Source: Longimicrobiales bacterium
GTDB lineage: Bacteria; Gemmatimonadota; Gemmatimonadetes; Longimicrobiales; Gaopeijiaceae
DNA: 64,000 nt
NCBI GenBank assembly: GCA_963664435.2
Contig: CAXXKM010000001.1
Coordinates: 736,001-800,000 of the forward strand
Reading direction: 5' to 3'
Each line of letters begins with the position of its first letter. The stretch's first letter is position 1. Positions 18,741 to 28,034 of the stretch are shown in pieces. Below the pieces are notes generated by a model, which had not been told where the DNA came from, ran no database searches, and saw nothing but the letters and a program-made list of their open reading frames with translations. The position numbers were made by a program, and so were the translations under genes.

Positions 18741-18822
18741 GCCGTCGACCAGGTGCTGGAACCCGATGGCGCTCGAGCATCTCGAGCCCATGACGCCGCG
18801 GGGCGTGGTTTCCACGACACAG

Positions 18823-19332
18823 CTAGAAGGCCTTCCTCGCGTGCCTGATGCGCGCTCTGACCGCGGCGCTGTCCTTTTCCGCGGCGCGGTCGAAGAGAGC
18901 TGTGACCTCTGCCCGGATCGCGGGATCGCGGGCCGCCAGGACTCCCAGGCCGTTGTACGCCCACGCCCGCAGGAACGTTCGCTTCGACCTGATCAGCGCG
19001 AGCAGCTCTCGCTTCAGCACGCGCTCCCGTCCCGCCGGGATATCGATGTACTGTAGCGTCTGCAGCACATGCAGCGTGGCGTGGGGCGCGGCGGCACGGC
19101 CGAGCAGGTCCACCAGCTCCGCCGCCTGCTCCCCGCGCGGAACCGTCCCCCGTTCGGCCAGGTGCTTCAGCACCCAGGTCGCACCGACCTGCAGCTGCAT
19201 CTCGTCCGAGGCTGCGAGGTCGAGAAGGTGACCGAGCGGGACTTCGGGCGCATCCCGCACAGCCTCGGCGACCGCGCGAAACGGCGCCACGCGCTTCCCG
19301 TCGTAGCTGCGGAGTCTTGCCGCGATGTCCAT
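18823..19332 (-). CDS. Hypothetical alpha-helical (HEAT-like) protein
   Basis: 169 aa from ATG 19332; ATWVLK and FLRAWAY helical-repeat pattern. Confidence 0.65.
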   Translation of the reverse strand: MDIAARLRSYDGKRVAPFRAVAEAVRDAPEVPLGHLLDLAASDEMQLQVGATWVLKHLAERGTVPRGEQAAELVDLLGRAAAPHATLHVLQTLQYIDIPAGRERVLKRELLALIRSKRTFLRAWAYNGLGVLAARDPAIRAEVTALFDRAAEKDSAAVRARIRHARKAF

Positions 19333-19378
19333 GGTCGGCCTCCGGCCCATCGGTGCCCGCGCCCGCACCCGCAAGGCG

Positions 19379-20584
19379 TTATCCGGCGTCGCCGCGCTCC
19401 ACCAACTCGTACACGGCCACGCTTTGTTCATCGAATTCGCCGCGCTCAAGCAGGAGCACCCAGTCCAGGCCTGCGTCGAGGAGGTTCGAGCGAGCCGGGA
19501 TTGTGAGCCGCCGAACCCACATGCCATTCGGGTCCAGCAAGTGGAGTTCCTTCCTCGGCGCCCTCCACATGTGGGTCGTGACCCACACGCTGCCGTCCGG
19601 CAGCGCCAGGAGGCCGTCCGATTCGTAGGCGGGGAAGCGTTCCGGCAAGTCGTCCCGAATCCCGGGCCAGCGCTCGCGCTCGAAGCGCCGCCGCTCTGCA
19701 GGGGTGTCGTACCGAGTCAGATAGGTGCTCAGATACCGATCCATATGCTCGCCGGTGACCTCGAGGTCCGGCCCCGCCCACCGCGCGACACGCGTGATGC
19801 GGCCGGTCCAGTCGACGTGTACGAGTTCGTAGTCGTCGGCCGACCCGTACCACACGCCGGTGCCTGTGGCTGCGAAGGCCAGGCTCTTACCCCAGGTCAG
19901 CGGCCCGGAACCGCCGCCATAGGTGCGGCGCTCCGCTCCGGGGATCCCCTCGGCCAGGATGACCACGCCATCGTCCCCTTCCCAACTCACGGCCATCTCC
20001 CAGCGATAGATCTCACCCACGCCCGCCGGTCGGCTGTCCAACTCGCTCCCCGGCCACCCGACAAAGACCAGATCGCCGTTTGGCGAGCAGGCGGGACTGC
20101 CGTAGGGTTGCACTCCCGTCCCGGCAAGCGCCCGGGTGTCGACTACGTTCCCGTCCCGGTCTAGCTTCGTGATGCGGTCCAGACTCCAGTCGAAGACCGT
20201 GATCGCCGTTCCCGGACAGCCCCGTAGCAACCTGACTCCTCCGTACTCGCCCGGCCCCTCGCCTTGTCGTCCGCTCGTCCATACATGGCGACCACGGGCA
20301 TCGAACATCCGGATCTCGTAGGTCTGCTCGTCCGCCAGGACGATGCTGCCGTCCTCCAGCCGGACCCCACCTTCTATGGTGCTGAACAGGTATTCCGTCG
20401 GGCCTTCCAGCATGCCGACCCGCACCTGCGGCTCGTCCGCCAAGGTCAGGTCGGGCATTCCAGGGGTTGCGCTCTCGACTACCGTCTGAGCGGAGAGCGG
20501 GGCCGGCGGCCCCGCCAGGTGTGCAGCCAGGATCAGGGCAGGGTGGATGGCCCGGTTCAGCCACTGCCGGTTGCCATGAGTCAT
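19379..20584 (-). CDS. Secreted 6-bladed beta-propeller protein
   Basis: Signal peptide ending LSAQ; GRQGEGPGEY, DGSVWV, C-terminal VAVYEL. Confidence 0.8.
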   Translation of the reverse strand: MTHGNRQWLNRAIHPALILAAHLAGPPAPLSAQTVVESATPGMPDLTLADEPQVRVGMLEGPTEYLFSTIEGGVRLEDGSIVLADEQTYEIRMFDARGRHVWTSGRQGEGPGEYGGVRLLRGCPGTAITVFDWSLDRITKLDRDGNVVDTRALAGTGVQPYGSPACSPNGDLVFVGWPGSELDSRPAGVGEIYRWEMAVSWEGDDGVVILAEGIPGAERRTYGGGSGPLTWGKSLAFAATGTGVWYGSADDYELVHVDWTGRITRVARWAGPDLEVTGEHMDRYLSTYLTRYDTPAERRRFERERWPGIRDDLPERFPAYESDGLLALPDGSVWVTTHMWRAPRKELHLLDPNGMWVRRLTIPARSNLLDAGLDWVLLLERGEFDEQSVAVYELVERGDAG

Positions 20585-20749
20585 TTCGACACCTCCAATC
20601 CCATCCTCTCGCGTGCAACCGCCACTGCCGGGGAAACTTCGCGGTTGCGTCCCGTCGCGCCGTCGCGCCGCGAAGTACAAGGTAAACGTTCCGGTCTCTC
20701 CTGGCGTCCTCTTTCCAGGAAGCCGCACGGAAGAAAGGACTGAGAATGC

Positions 20750-21331
20750 ATGCTCTCCGACCGAGAGATCTTGGAGTTGGCCGAAAGGGCCAAGGCGGGA
20801 GAAAAAGAGGCGTTCGGAAAGCTGGCGGACGATCTCCGACCCCTTGTTTGCCGGTGGGCACTGGTCATGACCGCCGATCCCGACGACGCGGAAGACGTTG
20901 CGCAGTCCGTCGTGATCAAGATGCTCACGTCGATCACAAGCTTCAGCGGCCGCTCCAGAGTGACGAGCTGGCTCTACCGGATGACACGGAACGCCAGCCT
21001 GGATCACCTGCGAGGGAAGCGGCGGAACCAACGATTGGCCGAGAAGCTCGGGCAGTTGGCTCAGGCAGAGACACCCCGGCTCGAAGACCCGCTGGATGAA
21101 CTCGAGATGAAGAGAACACTGAGACTGATCCGGACGCTTCTGAGCAAGCTGCCCATGAGGCAACGAGAGGTCTTCGATCTGGTGGAGTTGCAGGGGCTGA
21201 AGCCGATCGAGGCGGCTGATCTGCTGGAGATGAACCCGAACACGCTGAGGGTACATCTGCTGCGCGCACGGCGCGCGATGCGCAGAGAGATGTTGTCCCA
21301 GGGCCACAGGTACGGAAACGTGGGGGAGTGA
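20750..21331 (+). CDS. ECF sigma-70 factor
   Basis: DAEDVAQ, SWLYRMTRN..LD, LPMRQREVF.L, LRVHLLRAR. Confidence 0.92.
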   Translation: MLSDREILELAERAKAGEKEAFGKLADDLRPLVCRWALVMTADPDDAEDVAQSVVIKMLTSITSFSGRSRVTSWLYRMTRNASLDHLRGKRRNQRLAEKLGQLAQAETPRLEDPLDELEMKRTLRLIRTLLSKLPMRQREVFDLVELQGLKPIEAADLLEMNPNTLRVHLLRARRAMRREMLSQGHRYGNVGE

Positions 21332-21780
21332 TGGATCATCGCAATGACCTGCCGGATGAGATCCTGGAGGGAGATCTCGACGCGCACGAGGGCATGGATG
21401 CCCCAGCGCGTCAGAGCGTCGAGCGGCTCGCCCGGGACGGACGGAATATGGACGCCGTCCTCAGAGCGATGGCGAACCGGTTGAGTGAAAGACCGCCGGC
21501 TGCGGAGAGGGGGCAAGCCGCACCGCTACGCCCTCGGCCCTCCTGGAGGATTCGGACCCTGGTGCCACTGACGGCCGCTGCCATCTTCGCTTCGCTGATC
21601 CTGATGCGGACCGACCGAACCGGAGAGAGAGACGAGTCCCTCGCTCTGCCAAGGGCTCCGCAGGCACGGAGCATGACGGCGGAGCTGAACGTGGAGGCCG
21701 ACAGGCCGTTCGCGGTCTTCCCCACGAGCGATCCCGACATTGCCGTAGTCTGGCTGTTCAACCCCAAGGAGAGTAACTGA
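21328..21780 (+). CDS. Putative single-TM anti-sigma factor
   Basis: Overlaps the sigma stop; one TM helix LVPLTAAAIFASLILM. Confidence 0.65.
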   Translation: MMDHRNDLPDEILEGDLDAHEGMDAPARQSVERLARDGRNMDAVLRAMANRLSERPPAAERGQAAPLRPRPSWRIRTLVPLTAAAIFASLILMRTDRTGERDESLALPRAPQARSMTAELNVEADRPFAVFPTSDPDIAVVWLFNPKESN

Positions 21781-22364
21781 TGACCAGGATTGTGAAGAAG
21801 AGTTTTCGGTGCGCGCTGATCGTTCCGCTGGCCCTGGGTCCGCTTGCGGGCGTCGCAAGTGCACAGGAGCGCCGGGATCAGGACATCCGGAACGTGCAAC
21901 TCGTCTTTGACCTGGTGCAGGCGGATGGCTTCACCGACGAGGATCCGGGCATCGCCGATGTCGTGGCCGAACTCCGGATGCTCTTCAACTTCCGGGGATA
22001 CCGGCTCCTGTCGACTTCGGTGCTCAACGTCGGCCTCGCACAGCAAGCCAACTCATCGGCCAGCGTTACCGGCAGCGGGTCCCAGAGGATTGTCCCAGGC
22101 GACTACAAAACGCCGCTGGCGATCAGCGCGGAGGTGAGTGCGCGCCGTTCCACGAGCGTTGTCCGCGCCAGGGTGATCCTCACCGACGTGACCTCGCGGG
22201 TGACAGGCAATGCGGGTTTGAGGGAACGACTGCCGCTTCTCGAAGCCTCGGTCACGATCCGTGATGGCCAGAGGGTCGTGTTGGGATCGGCTCGTCGCTC
22301 CGCCGAAGAGCCCGTGCTCATCCTCATCGTGACGCCCCGGATCGATCTGGCGACTCCAGAGTGA
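21780..22364 (+). CDS. Exported hypothetical protein
   Basis: Signal peptide ASA-Q; translationally coupled within the sigma operon. Confidence 0.7.
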   Translation: MTRIVKKSFRCALIVPLALGPLAGVASAQERRDQDIRNVQLVFDLVQADGFTDEDPGIADVVAELRMLFNFRGYRLLSTSVLNVGLAQQANSSASVTGSGSQRIVPGDYKTPLAISAEVSARRSTSVVRARVILTDVTSRVTGNAGLRERLPLLEASVTIRDGQRVVLGSARRSAEEPVLILIVTPRIDLATPE

Positions 22365-23608
22365 TCAGGCGTCGACACCGGTCATCGAGCACTTCGGTGG
22401 CCATCCTCATCCTGACACTTGCGGCCATCGCCGGCTGCGAGGACAGGTCCACGCCCACCCGCGGGGATCTGACCATTTCGATTGACACGGTTGGCAACAT
22501 CATCCGCGTAAGCAACACGGGCACCCCACTCGATTGGCGACTCGTCCCGGTCGCCTCCATTGGACCGAAATCGCTGGCTGAAACGGGGGCGGCCGAGGAG
22601 TTCGGCCGAGTCAACAGCGTCGCGGTGGGTCCGGATGGGACCCTGTTCGTAGCCGATGGTCTCAACCACGAGGTCCGAGTCTTCGGACTGGACGGAGTCC
22701 ATCAACGTACCTTTGGGCGCAACGGCGAGGGGCCGGGCGAGTTCCGCAGTCTGTATTCGCTCGCGTGGGTGGGAGATCGGCTCCTGACCCTGGATCCCAA
22801 CCTGGGTCGCATCGGGGAGTTCTCGGCCGAGGGCGAGTGGCTGGGACAGCAGCGGATCGAAGGGAGCGTGAGCGGACCCGTCGACCACATCCGGTTCCGG
22901 ACGGTAAGCGCTGACCGCGTCTATCGTCTTGGGTACATGCGGCATGCCACCGGAGTCACCTCCGTGCTCGTCGGTCACGACAGCCGCGGGGAGACGGGCG
23001 ACACGCTGTCGTGGCTCCAGCCGCCACCGGAGTCGACCGGCATCATCCTCTGCAGGCACGACCCGCTGATCACCTTCTTCGACATTCCCTTCGGCTCCCG
23101 GCTGGTGCAGTATCCCGGCGCGGACGGCGTGCACTATTCGGCGATGACGGATGCCTACCGGATCGCCGTCACCCGGAATGCTACGGATACCCTTCGCCTC
23201 ATCGAGCGCAGCCTGCGGGAGGAGCGCATCTCGGACGAGGAATGGACGGCCGGAATCAGGGACTTCGAGGAGTTTCTAGTCGAAAACCCAAACGCGTCCT
23301 GCGAGCCGCGGCGGCCGAGCCGACCCGCGCGCAAGCCCTTCATCGGGGACATCTTCCTCGCTCCCGATGGAACCCTGTGGGTGGAGGTGATTCGCTCGGC
23401 CGGCAACCGACTGGAGGTCTTCGATCCCGAGGGCCGGCTGCTGGGCAGCCTGCCCGCCCCGTCACGCAAGGAAGGCTCCGTACCCGCGTTTGGTGCGGGT
23501 CATCTGGTGACGGTCCGCCGGGACAGCCTGGACCTGGACCACGTGGACGTCTGGAGGATCGAGCGGGCGGGAGGCGGAACAGGCGGTGGCATTATCGACC
23601 GATTGTAA
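22361..23608 (+). CDS. 6-bladed beta-propeller lipoprotein
   Basis: Lipobox IAGC; FGRNGEGPGEF, DGTLWV. Confidence 0.82.
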   Translation: MIRRRHRSSSTSVAILILTLAAIAGCEDRSTPTRGDLTISIDTVGNIIRVSNTGTPLDWRLVPVASIGPKSLAETGAAEEFGRVNSVAVGPDGTLFVADGLNHEVRVFGLDGVHQRTFGRNGEGPGEFRSLYSLAWVGDRLLTLDPNLGRIGEFSAEGEWLGQQRIEGSVSGPVDHIRFRTVSADRVYRLGYMRHATGVTSVLVGHDSRGETGDTLSWLQPPPESTGIILCRHDPLITFFDIPFGSRLVQYPGADGVHYSAMTDAYRIAVTRNATDTLRLIERSLREERISDEEWTAGIRDFEEFLVENPNASCEPRRPSRPARKPFIGDIFLAPDGTLWVEVIRSAGNRLEVFDPEGRLLGSLPAPSRKEGSVPAFGAGHLVTVRRDSLDLDHVDVWRIERAGGGTGGGIIDRL

Positions 23609-23692
23609 TCAGTGCAGGAGATCCTCTGCCTGGATCGGTGTGGCCTCCGGCTTGGCCTCGGCGTATCCCATGATCCGCTGGGGCAGGCTCAT
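23609..23692 (-). pseudogene. N-terminal stub of a DUF6088/AbiEi-like antitoxin
   Basis: MSLPQRIMGYAEAKPEATPIQAEDLLH*; start overlaps a 14-bp direct repeat catagtatcatctc (23690, 23713). Confidence 0.5.
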
Positions 23693-23734
23693 AGTATCAT
23701 CTCACTCCCTGCCATAGTATCATCTCTCTCCTTG

Positions 23735-24475
23735 CTACCCCGGCAACCTCAACGACACGTGCAGATGGTCGGCCGTACCCACATGCCGGAGCGTGTGGAA
23801 GCCCATCGCCCGGAATGCCAGTTCGGCCGCCTGGTTCCGCCATTCGGGCCGGTTGATGGTGCGAAGATCCAGCGCGTGGACGAATCCGTCGTCCTGGCGG
23901 AAGTGCAGGGACGACTCGTTGGCGGGGAGCCCCGCGCGGGCGTAGAAGTCGGGCGTGCGGTCGGCATCGGTGATCACGGCGTCGGCGTCGGCCAGGACGA
24001 AGACCGATACGGCCATCCGCAACAGGGGATGAAGGCCCGAGTACTCGGCGCGCACCTCTTCGGACTTCACGTTGCCACCCGCGATGACCAGCAGCGAGTA
24101 GAGCACGAACGCGGCGGCGCCAAGAGCCGCGGCCCGCATCGCGAACTTCCTGAACCACTTCCCTGCCCCCAGGCGCCGACTTGCGGCCCACGCGTAGCAC
24201 GCCAGGAGCAGCGCGGTGGCGGCTGTCGAGACGGCCAGTGAGGGCCATGCTCCCAGCCCCCATTGCTGGTAGGCGAAGACGCCGCCGCGGACGAGGAGGA
24301 TGAACGGCAACACCGCAAGCAGGACGGCCGTTACACCCCACCGCACGACTCTGCCGAGGAAACGCCGTGGTGGCTTCCCGTCGCGCCGGTTCTCCGCTCT
24401 CGGTCCGGCCGCGGCCCCGTCCCCCGGCTCGGTCCCCGGACCGGCACCCGGATACTCGACTCTCAGACTGCTCAC
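23735..24475 (-). CDS. Hypothetical membrane protein
   Basis: Three TM helices; C-terminal SLH..HALDLRT..RHVGTADHLHVS (possible metal-binding motif). Confidence 0.75.
   Translation of the reverse strand: MSSLRVEYPGAGPGTEPGDGAAAGPRAENRRDGKPPRRFLGRVVRWGVTAVLLAVLPFILLVRGGVFAYQQWGLGAWPSLAVSTAATALLLACYAWAASRRLGAGKWFRKFAMRAAALGAAAFVLYSLLVIAGGNVKSEEVRAEYSGLHPLLRMAVSVFVLADADAVITDADRTPDFYARAGLPANESSLHFRQDDGFVHALDLRTINRPEWRNQAAELAFRAMGFHTLRHVGTADHLHVSLRLPG
23834..23913 (+). repeat. Direct repeat, copy 2 (80 bp, inside a CDS)
   Basis: Matches 15172-15248. Confidence 0.9.
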
Positions 24476-24508
24476 ATGTCCTCCGGTGCCCCTGCCCGTT
24501 CTCCGTGG

Positions 24509-25705
24509 CTACGGAGAGAGCTCGTACACCACGACATTCTCCACGTCCACTTCATCCCTGAGCACCCCCAGCACGAGCCCTCCGGTCACATCGAGGATTC
24601 GGAACCTGGGCGGGGTCTCAACCTGTCCCAGCCACGCCCCGTCCGGGGAAATGACGGTGTACGGCGACCCCTCTTCCGGGTAGGCCGGCCGGTAGGAGGG
24701 CAGCCACACGTTTCCGTCGGCGTCGGCGAAGGGGGAACCGAAGAGCGGCGTCGGCTGGCCGATCATGGCACGATACCGGGCCATGTCTGCCTGAACGATC
24801 TCCTCGAGGCGGGCTTCGGATACTCCGTAGTTCAGCCAGCCGATCATTCGGTTATAGGCTTCGACGGGCTCCAGGAGTTCATCGGTCAGCAGGGGGGGCT
24901 CGGGCTGCCAGCGCACGATCTGCTCTACCGTGCCGTCCGGCAGACGCCAGGTGATCTCGGGCCTGTCGGACCTCGTCTGGACGAACCGCCCCGCCGCGAC
25001 CGTGACGCTGCCGACGGGCCGGATGATCGGGTTCATCAGCCCCGACCGTTCTCGCGGCCAGTGGTCGTACGACGCGACCGTGTCGAGGGCGCCGGTTTCG
25101 ATGTCGAACAGGGTCATGTGCCCGGCGAGCCACTCCTCCTCTATGTCGAACCAGGAACCGTAGGGTGTCCGGTTCATCATCATCAGCGTACCGGATAAAC
25201 CGATTCCCGCCACACCCAGGCTGCTCGACCGGGGGAGGCTCGCGATGCGCGCGACCGAATCGCCGACGAAGAGCGTGAGGCGAGATTGACGACGGTCAGG
25301 CACAAGGACGCTGTCCTGGCCCAGGACGAACATGGAGTAGGGGTAGATGACTTCGCCCGGACCCTCTCCACGCCTGGCGAGCACCTCGTGTGTCGTGCCG
25401 TCCGGACTCAAGACGACCAGTTCGTTGTTCTCCCGATCGGCAACGACCGCGCTTCCATCCGGGAAGAACCGGCCAACGTTGATTCCCTGGAACTCGTAAT
25501 CGCCCGGGTTGGCTCCGTGGCGGAATACGGGCTCGTCCGAGAGGGCCAAGGGCGGCTCGACCTCGGGCACACCCGCATACTCGACGATCCGCACGCCGGC
25601 GCTGTCCTCGATCTGGACCTGGATGTCGGGTGCGCGACCGCCGTCTCCCCCGCAGGCGACGAGGGCTGCCGACAGCATCAGAGCGGAGTGGAGTCTGCTT
25701 CGCAT
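24509..25705 (-). CDS. 6-bladed beta-propeller lipoprotein
   Basis: Lipobox LVAC; RRGEGPGE, DGNVWL, VVVYEL. Confidence 0.8.
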   Translation of the reverse strand: MRSRLHSALMLSAALVACGGDGGRAPDIQVQIEDSAGVRIVEYAGVPEVEPPLALSDEPVFRHGANPGDYEFQGINVGRFFPDGSAVVADRENNELVVLSPDGTTHEVLARRGEGPGEVIYPYSMFVLGQDSVLVPDRRQSRLTLFVGDSVARIASLPRSSSLGVAGIGLSGTLMMMNRTPYGSWFDIEEEWLAGHMTLFDIETGALDTVASYDHWPRERSGLMNPIIRPVGSVTVAAGRFVQTRSDRPEITWRLPDGTVEQIVRWQPEPPLLTDELLEPVEAYNRMIGWLNYGVSEARLEEIVQADMARYRAMIGQPTPLFGSPFADADGNVWLPSYRPAYPEEGSPYTVISPDGAWLGQVETPPRFRILDVTGGLVLGVLRDEVDVENVVVYELSP

Positions 25706-25773
25706 GTCAGCGAACCTCGGCCGGCAGCTTCCGCATCACCACGCTCGGCACGTCGAACTCGTCCAGTTCGACG

Positions 25774-26232
25774 TCATCCTTCCAGAAGGGAGCCTGGCTC
25801 CTTGCCGGGGCGCAACGTGCGCCCTGCCTTGCGGGCGACCAGCAGACTGGCCACGCCTCCTCCCGCACCAAGGAGTGGCAGAACGCTGAACGGGACGATG
25901 GCGGCTCCGTTGGGCCAGTCTCCCCAACTGCCTCCCACAACGAGCCCTGCCAGCAGGAGGCCGCCCAGCACGCCCACCGATGCGACTCGTGAGTACGAAA
26001 GCTCGTCCATCGACCGGCCGCGGGCCGCGATCGCCAGAATGGCCGAGAAGCTCGTACCGATCGCGGCGCCCCAAACGCTACCCGCGATGATCATGAACCC
26101 CAGCTCATCCTCGCCGCCGGGGAAGAACACCGTACTCACCAGGGCGACCAGAGAGAAGAGCGCGGCGCCGATAGCGCCGAAGGTCAGCCCCATGCCGAGG
26201 ACACCACGGATTACCCTCTTCCAACGCGACAC
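25774..26232 (-). CDS. Hypothetical 4-TM membrane protein
   Basis: 152 aa with four hydrophobic segments. Confidence 0.7.
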   Translation of the reverse strand: MSRWKRVIRGVLGMGLTFGAIGAALFSLVALVSTVFFPGGEDELGFMIIAGSVWGAAIGTSFSAILAIAARGRSMDELSYSRVASVGVLGGLLLAGLVVGGSWGDWPNGAAIVPFSVLPLLGAGGGVASLLVARKAGRTLRPGKEPGSLLEG

Positions 26233-26399
26233 AGCGAGCCTCCCGCTTGCGGTGATTTGGTGCCATGGAGGATACCCGAGGTACGATCAGGCGTGCAAAC
26301 GGTTTCCGTCACTTCCTTGTGCCACACGATCGTGGAAGCCCGCACCGACGCAGTTCCGGGCCAGGGACGCCGCGAACTACTCCCTCGCCAACCCTCGCA

Positions 26400-28031
26400 C
26401 TACTCCCTCACCAACCGCGCATTGTGCACGAAATAGAACTGTCCCTCCGACATCAGCTCGAAATCGCGCACCTCGTCCGAGACCGCATAGAAGATCGGCT
26501 CGCTGAGCGTCGGCAGCATCAGCGCGTGCTCCATGATGATGCGCTGGGCTTCCTGGGCGAGTTCGCACCGGGCTTCCCGGTCCGGGATGGTTCTGAGCTG
26601 GCCCACGAGTCCGTCCAGTTCCTCGTCCACGAAGCCGGTCCACGCCCATCCCCCGACCACGTCGTGGGCCGAGTTCCAGAGCATGTCCATCAGCAGGGGA
26701 TCGGGGCTGCGCTGGCGCTCGTACATCAGGTCGAAGTCGCGGTTGTTGACCATCTCCAGCTGCACCGGGCCGGGCACGATCTCGATGGCCACGTCGATGC
26801 CGATCGCGCGCCACTGGGCCTGGATCGCCTCCCCCATCTCCTCGCGGTCGAGGATGGTCCAGCGCACGCGCAGCGGCGTACCGTCCTCCACGCCGGCAAT
26901 GCCGTATGCCTCGCGGATTCCGTCGCCGTCCCGATCCGCGTACCCGGCCTCCTCGAGCAGCCGCCGCGCGGTGTCGGGGTCGTGCGGGTAGAGGTCCGCG
27001 TTCCCCTCCCAGTAGCACGGATGGACCGTGTTCAGGGGGCCGTCGGATGGCAGATAGTGGCCGTCGTACAGCAGGTCGTTGATCGCGGGCTGATCGGTTG
27101 CGTACAGCACGGCCTGCCGGACGCGGAGGTCGCTGAAGGGCGGACGGCGCACATTCATGACCATCTGGAGCCCGGTTCCGGCCTGGTACCCGGTCAGCAG
27201 CGAGAAGCCCTCCGCATCGCGGTAATCATCGATGTAGGCGGTGGGCAGATTCATGGCGATATGGGCGTTGCCGGTGCGGACGATGTTGCCCAGCACCGCC
27301 TCCTCGCCGATGAAACGGATGGTGATGCGCTCGACCTTGGCCGGGCCCGCGTCGTTGCTGATCGAGTTCCAGCCGCCGTAGCCGTCCCAGCGCCGCACGG
27401 TCACGTGGTCGTTGGGCACCCACTCCTCCAGCAGGAACGGCCCCGCGCCCACCAGATGGCGGTCGAACTCCTCGATGCCCCACTGCTCCGCAGCCGCGGG
27501 AGACCAGATCGGGATCCTGCGGAAGGCGTCGAGGACCGTCACCCAGGGCGCCTCGTAGTGGAGCGTGACGGTGGTGTCGTCGACGACCTCCACGCGCTCG
27601 ACCGGCCCGACGTGGGCCGCCATCTCCCCGGAGCGCGTCGCCGGGTCGAGGATGCGCTCGACGTTGTACCTGACGGCCTCCGCGTTGAACGGGGTGCCGT
27701 CCTGGAACATGACGCCGCTCTTCAGCGTGAACGTCCACTCGTCCGCGACGTCGTTGGACGACCAGCTCGCGGCCAGCGCCGGATGGAACGCCCCGTCCGG
27801 CCCGAGAATCAGCAGCGGATCGGCGATCTTGTAGTCGATGAGCCACGCGGTCTGGTACGGCTCGATGTGGCCGTCGAGCGAGGCGGGCTCGCGGGAGGCG
27901 GTCCAGGCGATGATGAGTTCGTCGGGAGAGTCGGAGGGTCCGGAGTCCGTGCCACCGCAGGCGAGGGCAAATAGCGCGACGGCGGCGGTAGTGACCGTTC
28001 GCGATCGCCCTCTCGGGAACACTTCAATCAC
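26400..28031 (-). CDS. ABC transporter substrate-binding protein, family 5 (peptide/nickel), orphan
   Basis: Lipobox LAC; PALA.SW, WTFTLK.GV.FQDGTPFNAEAV, GAGPF, RVRQA. Confidence 0.9.
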   Translation of the reverse strand: MIEVFPRGRSRTVTTAAVALFALACGGTDSGPSDSPDELIIAWTASREPASLDGHIEPYQTAWLIDYKIADPLLILGPDGAFHPALAASWSSNDVADEWTFTLKSGVMFQDGTPFNAEAVRYNVERILDPATRSGEMAAHVGPVERVEVVDDTTVTLHYEAPWVTVLDAFRRIPIWSPAAAEQWGIEEFDRHLVGAGPFLLEEWVPNDHVTVRRWDGYGGWNSISNDAGPAKVERITIRFIGEEAVLGNIVRTGNAHIAMNLPTAYIDDYRDAEGFSLLTGYQAGTGLQMVMNVRRPPFSDLRVRQAVLYATDQPAINDLLYDGHYLPSDGPLNTVHPCYWEGNADLYPHDPDTARRLLEEAGYADRDGDGIREAYGIAGVEDGTPLRVRWTILDREEMGEAIQAQWRAIGIDVAIEIVPGPVQLEMVNNRDFDLMYERQRSPDPLLMDMLWNSAHDVVGGWAWTGFVDEELDGLVGQLRTIPDREARCELAQEAQRIIMEHALMLPTLSEPIFYAVSDEVRDFELMSEGQFYFVHNARLVRE

Positions 28032-28034
28032 GGT

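Noticed and set aside
20585..21307. N-terminal 241 aa of the 642-aa ORF
   Set aside because: Antisense to the ECF sigma gene; the real start is ATG 20584 before a signal peptide.
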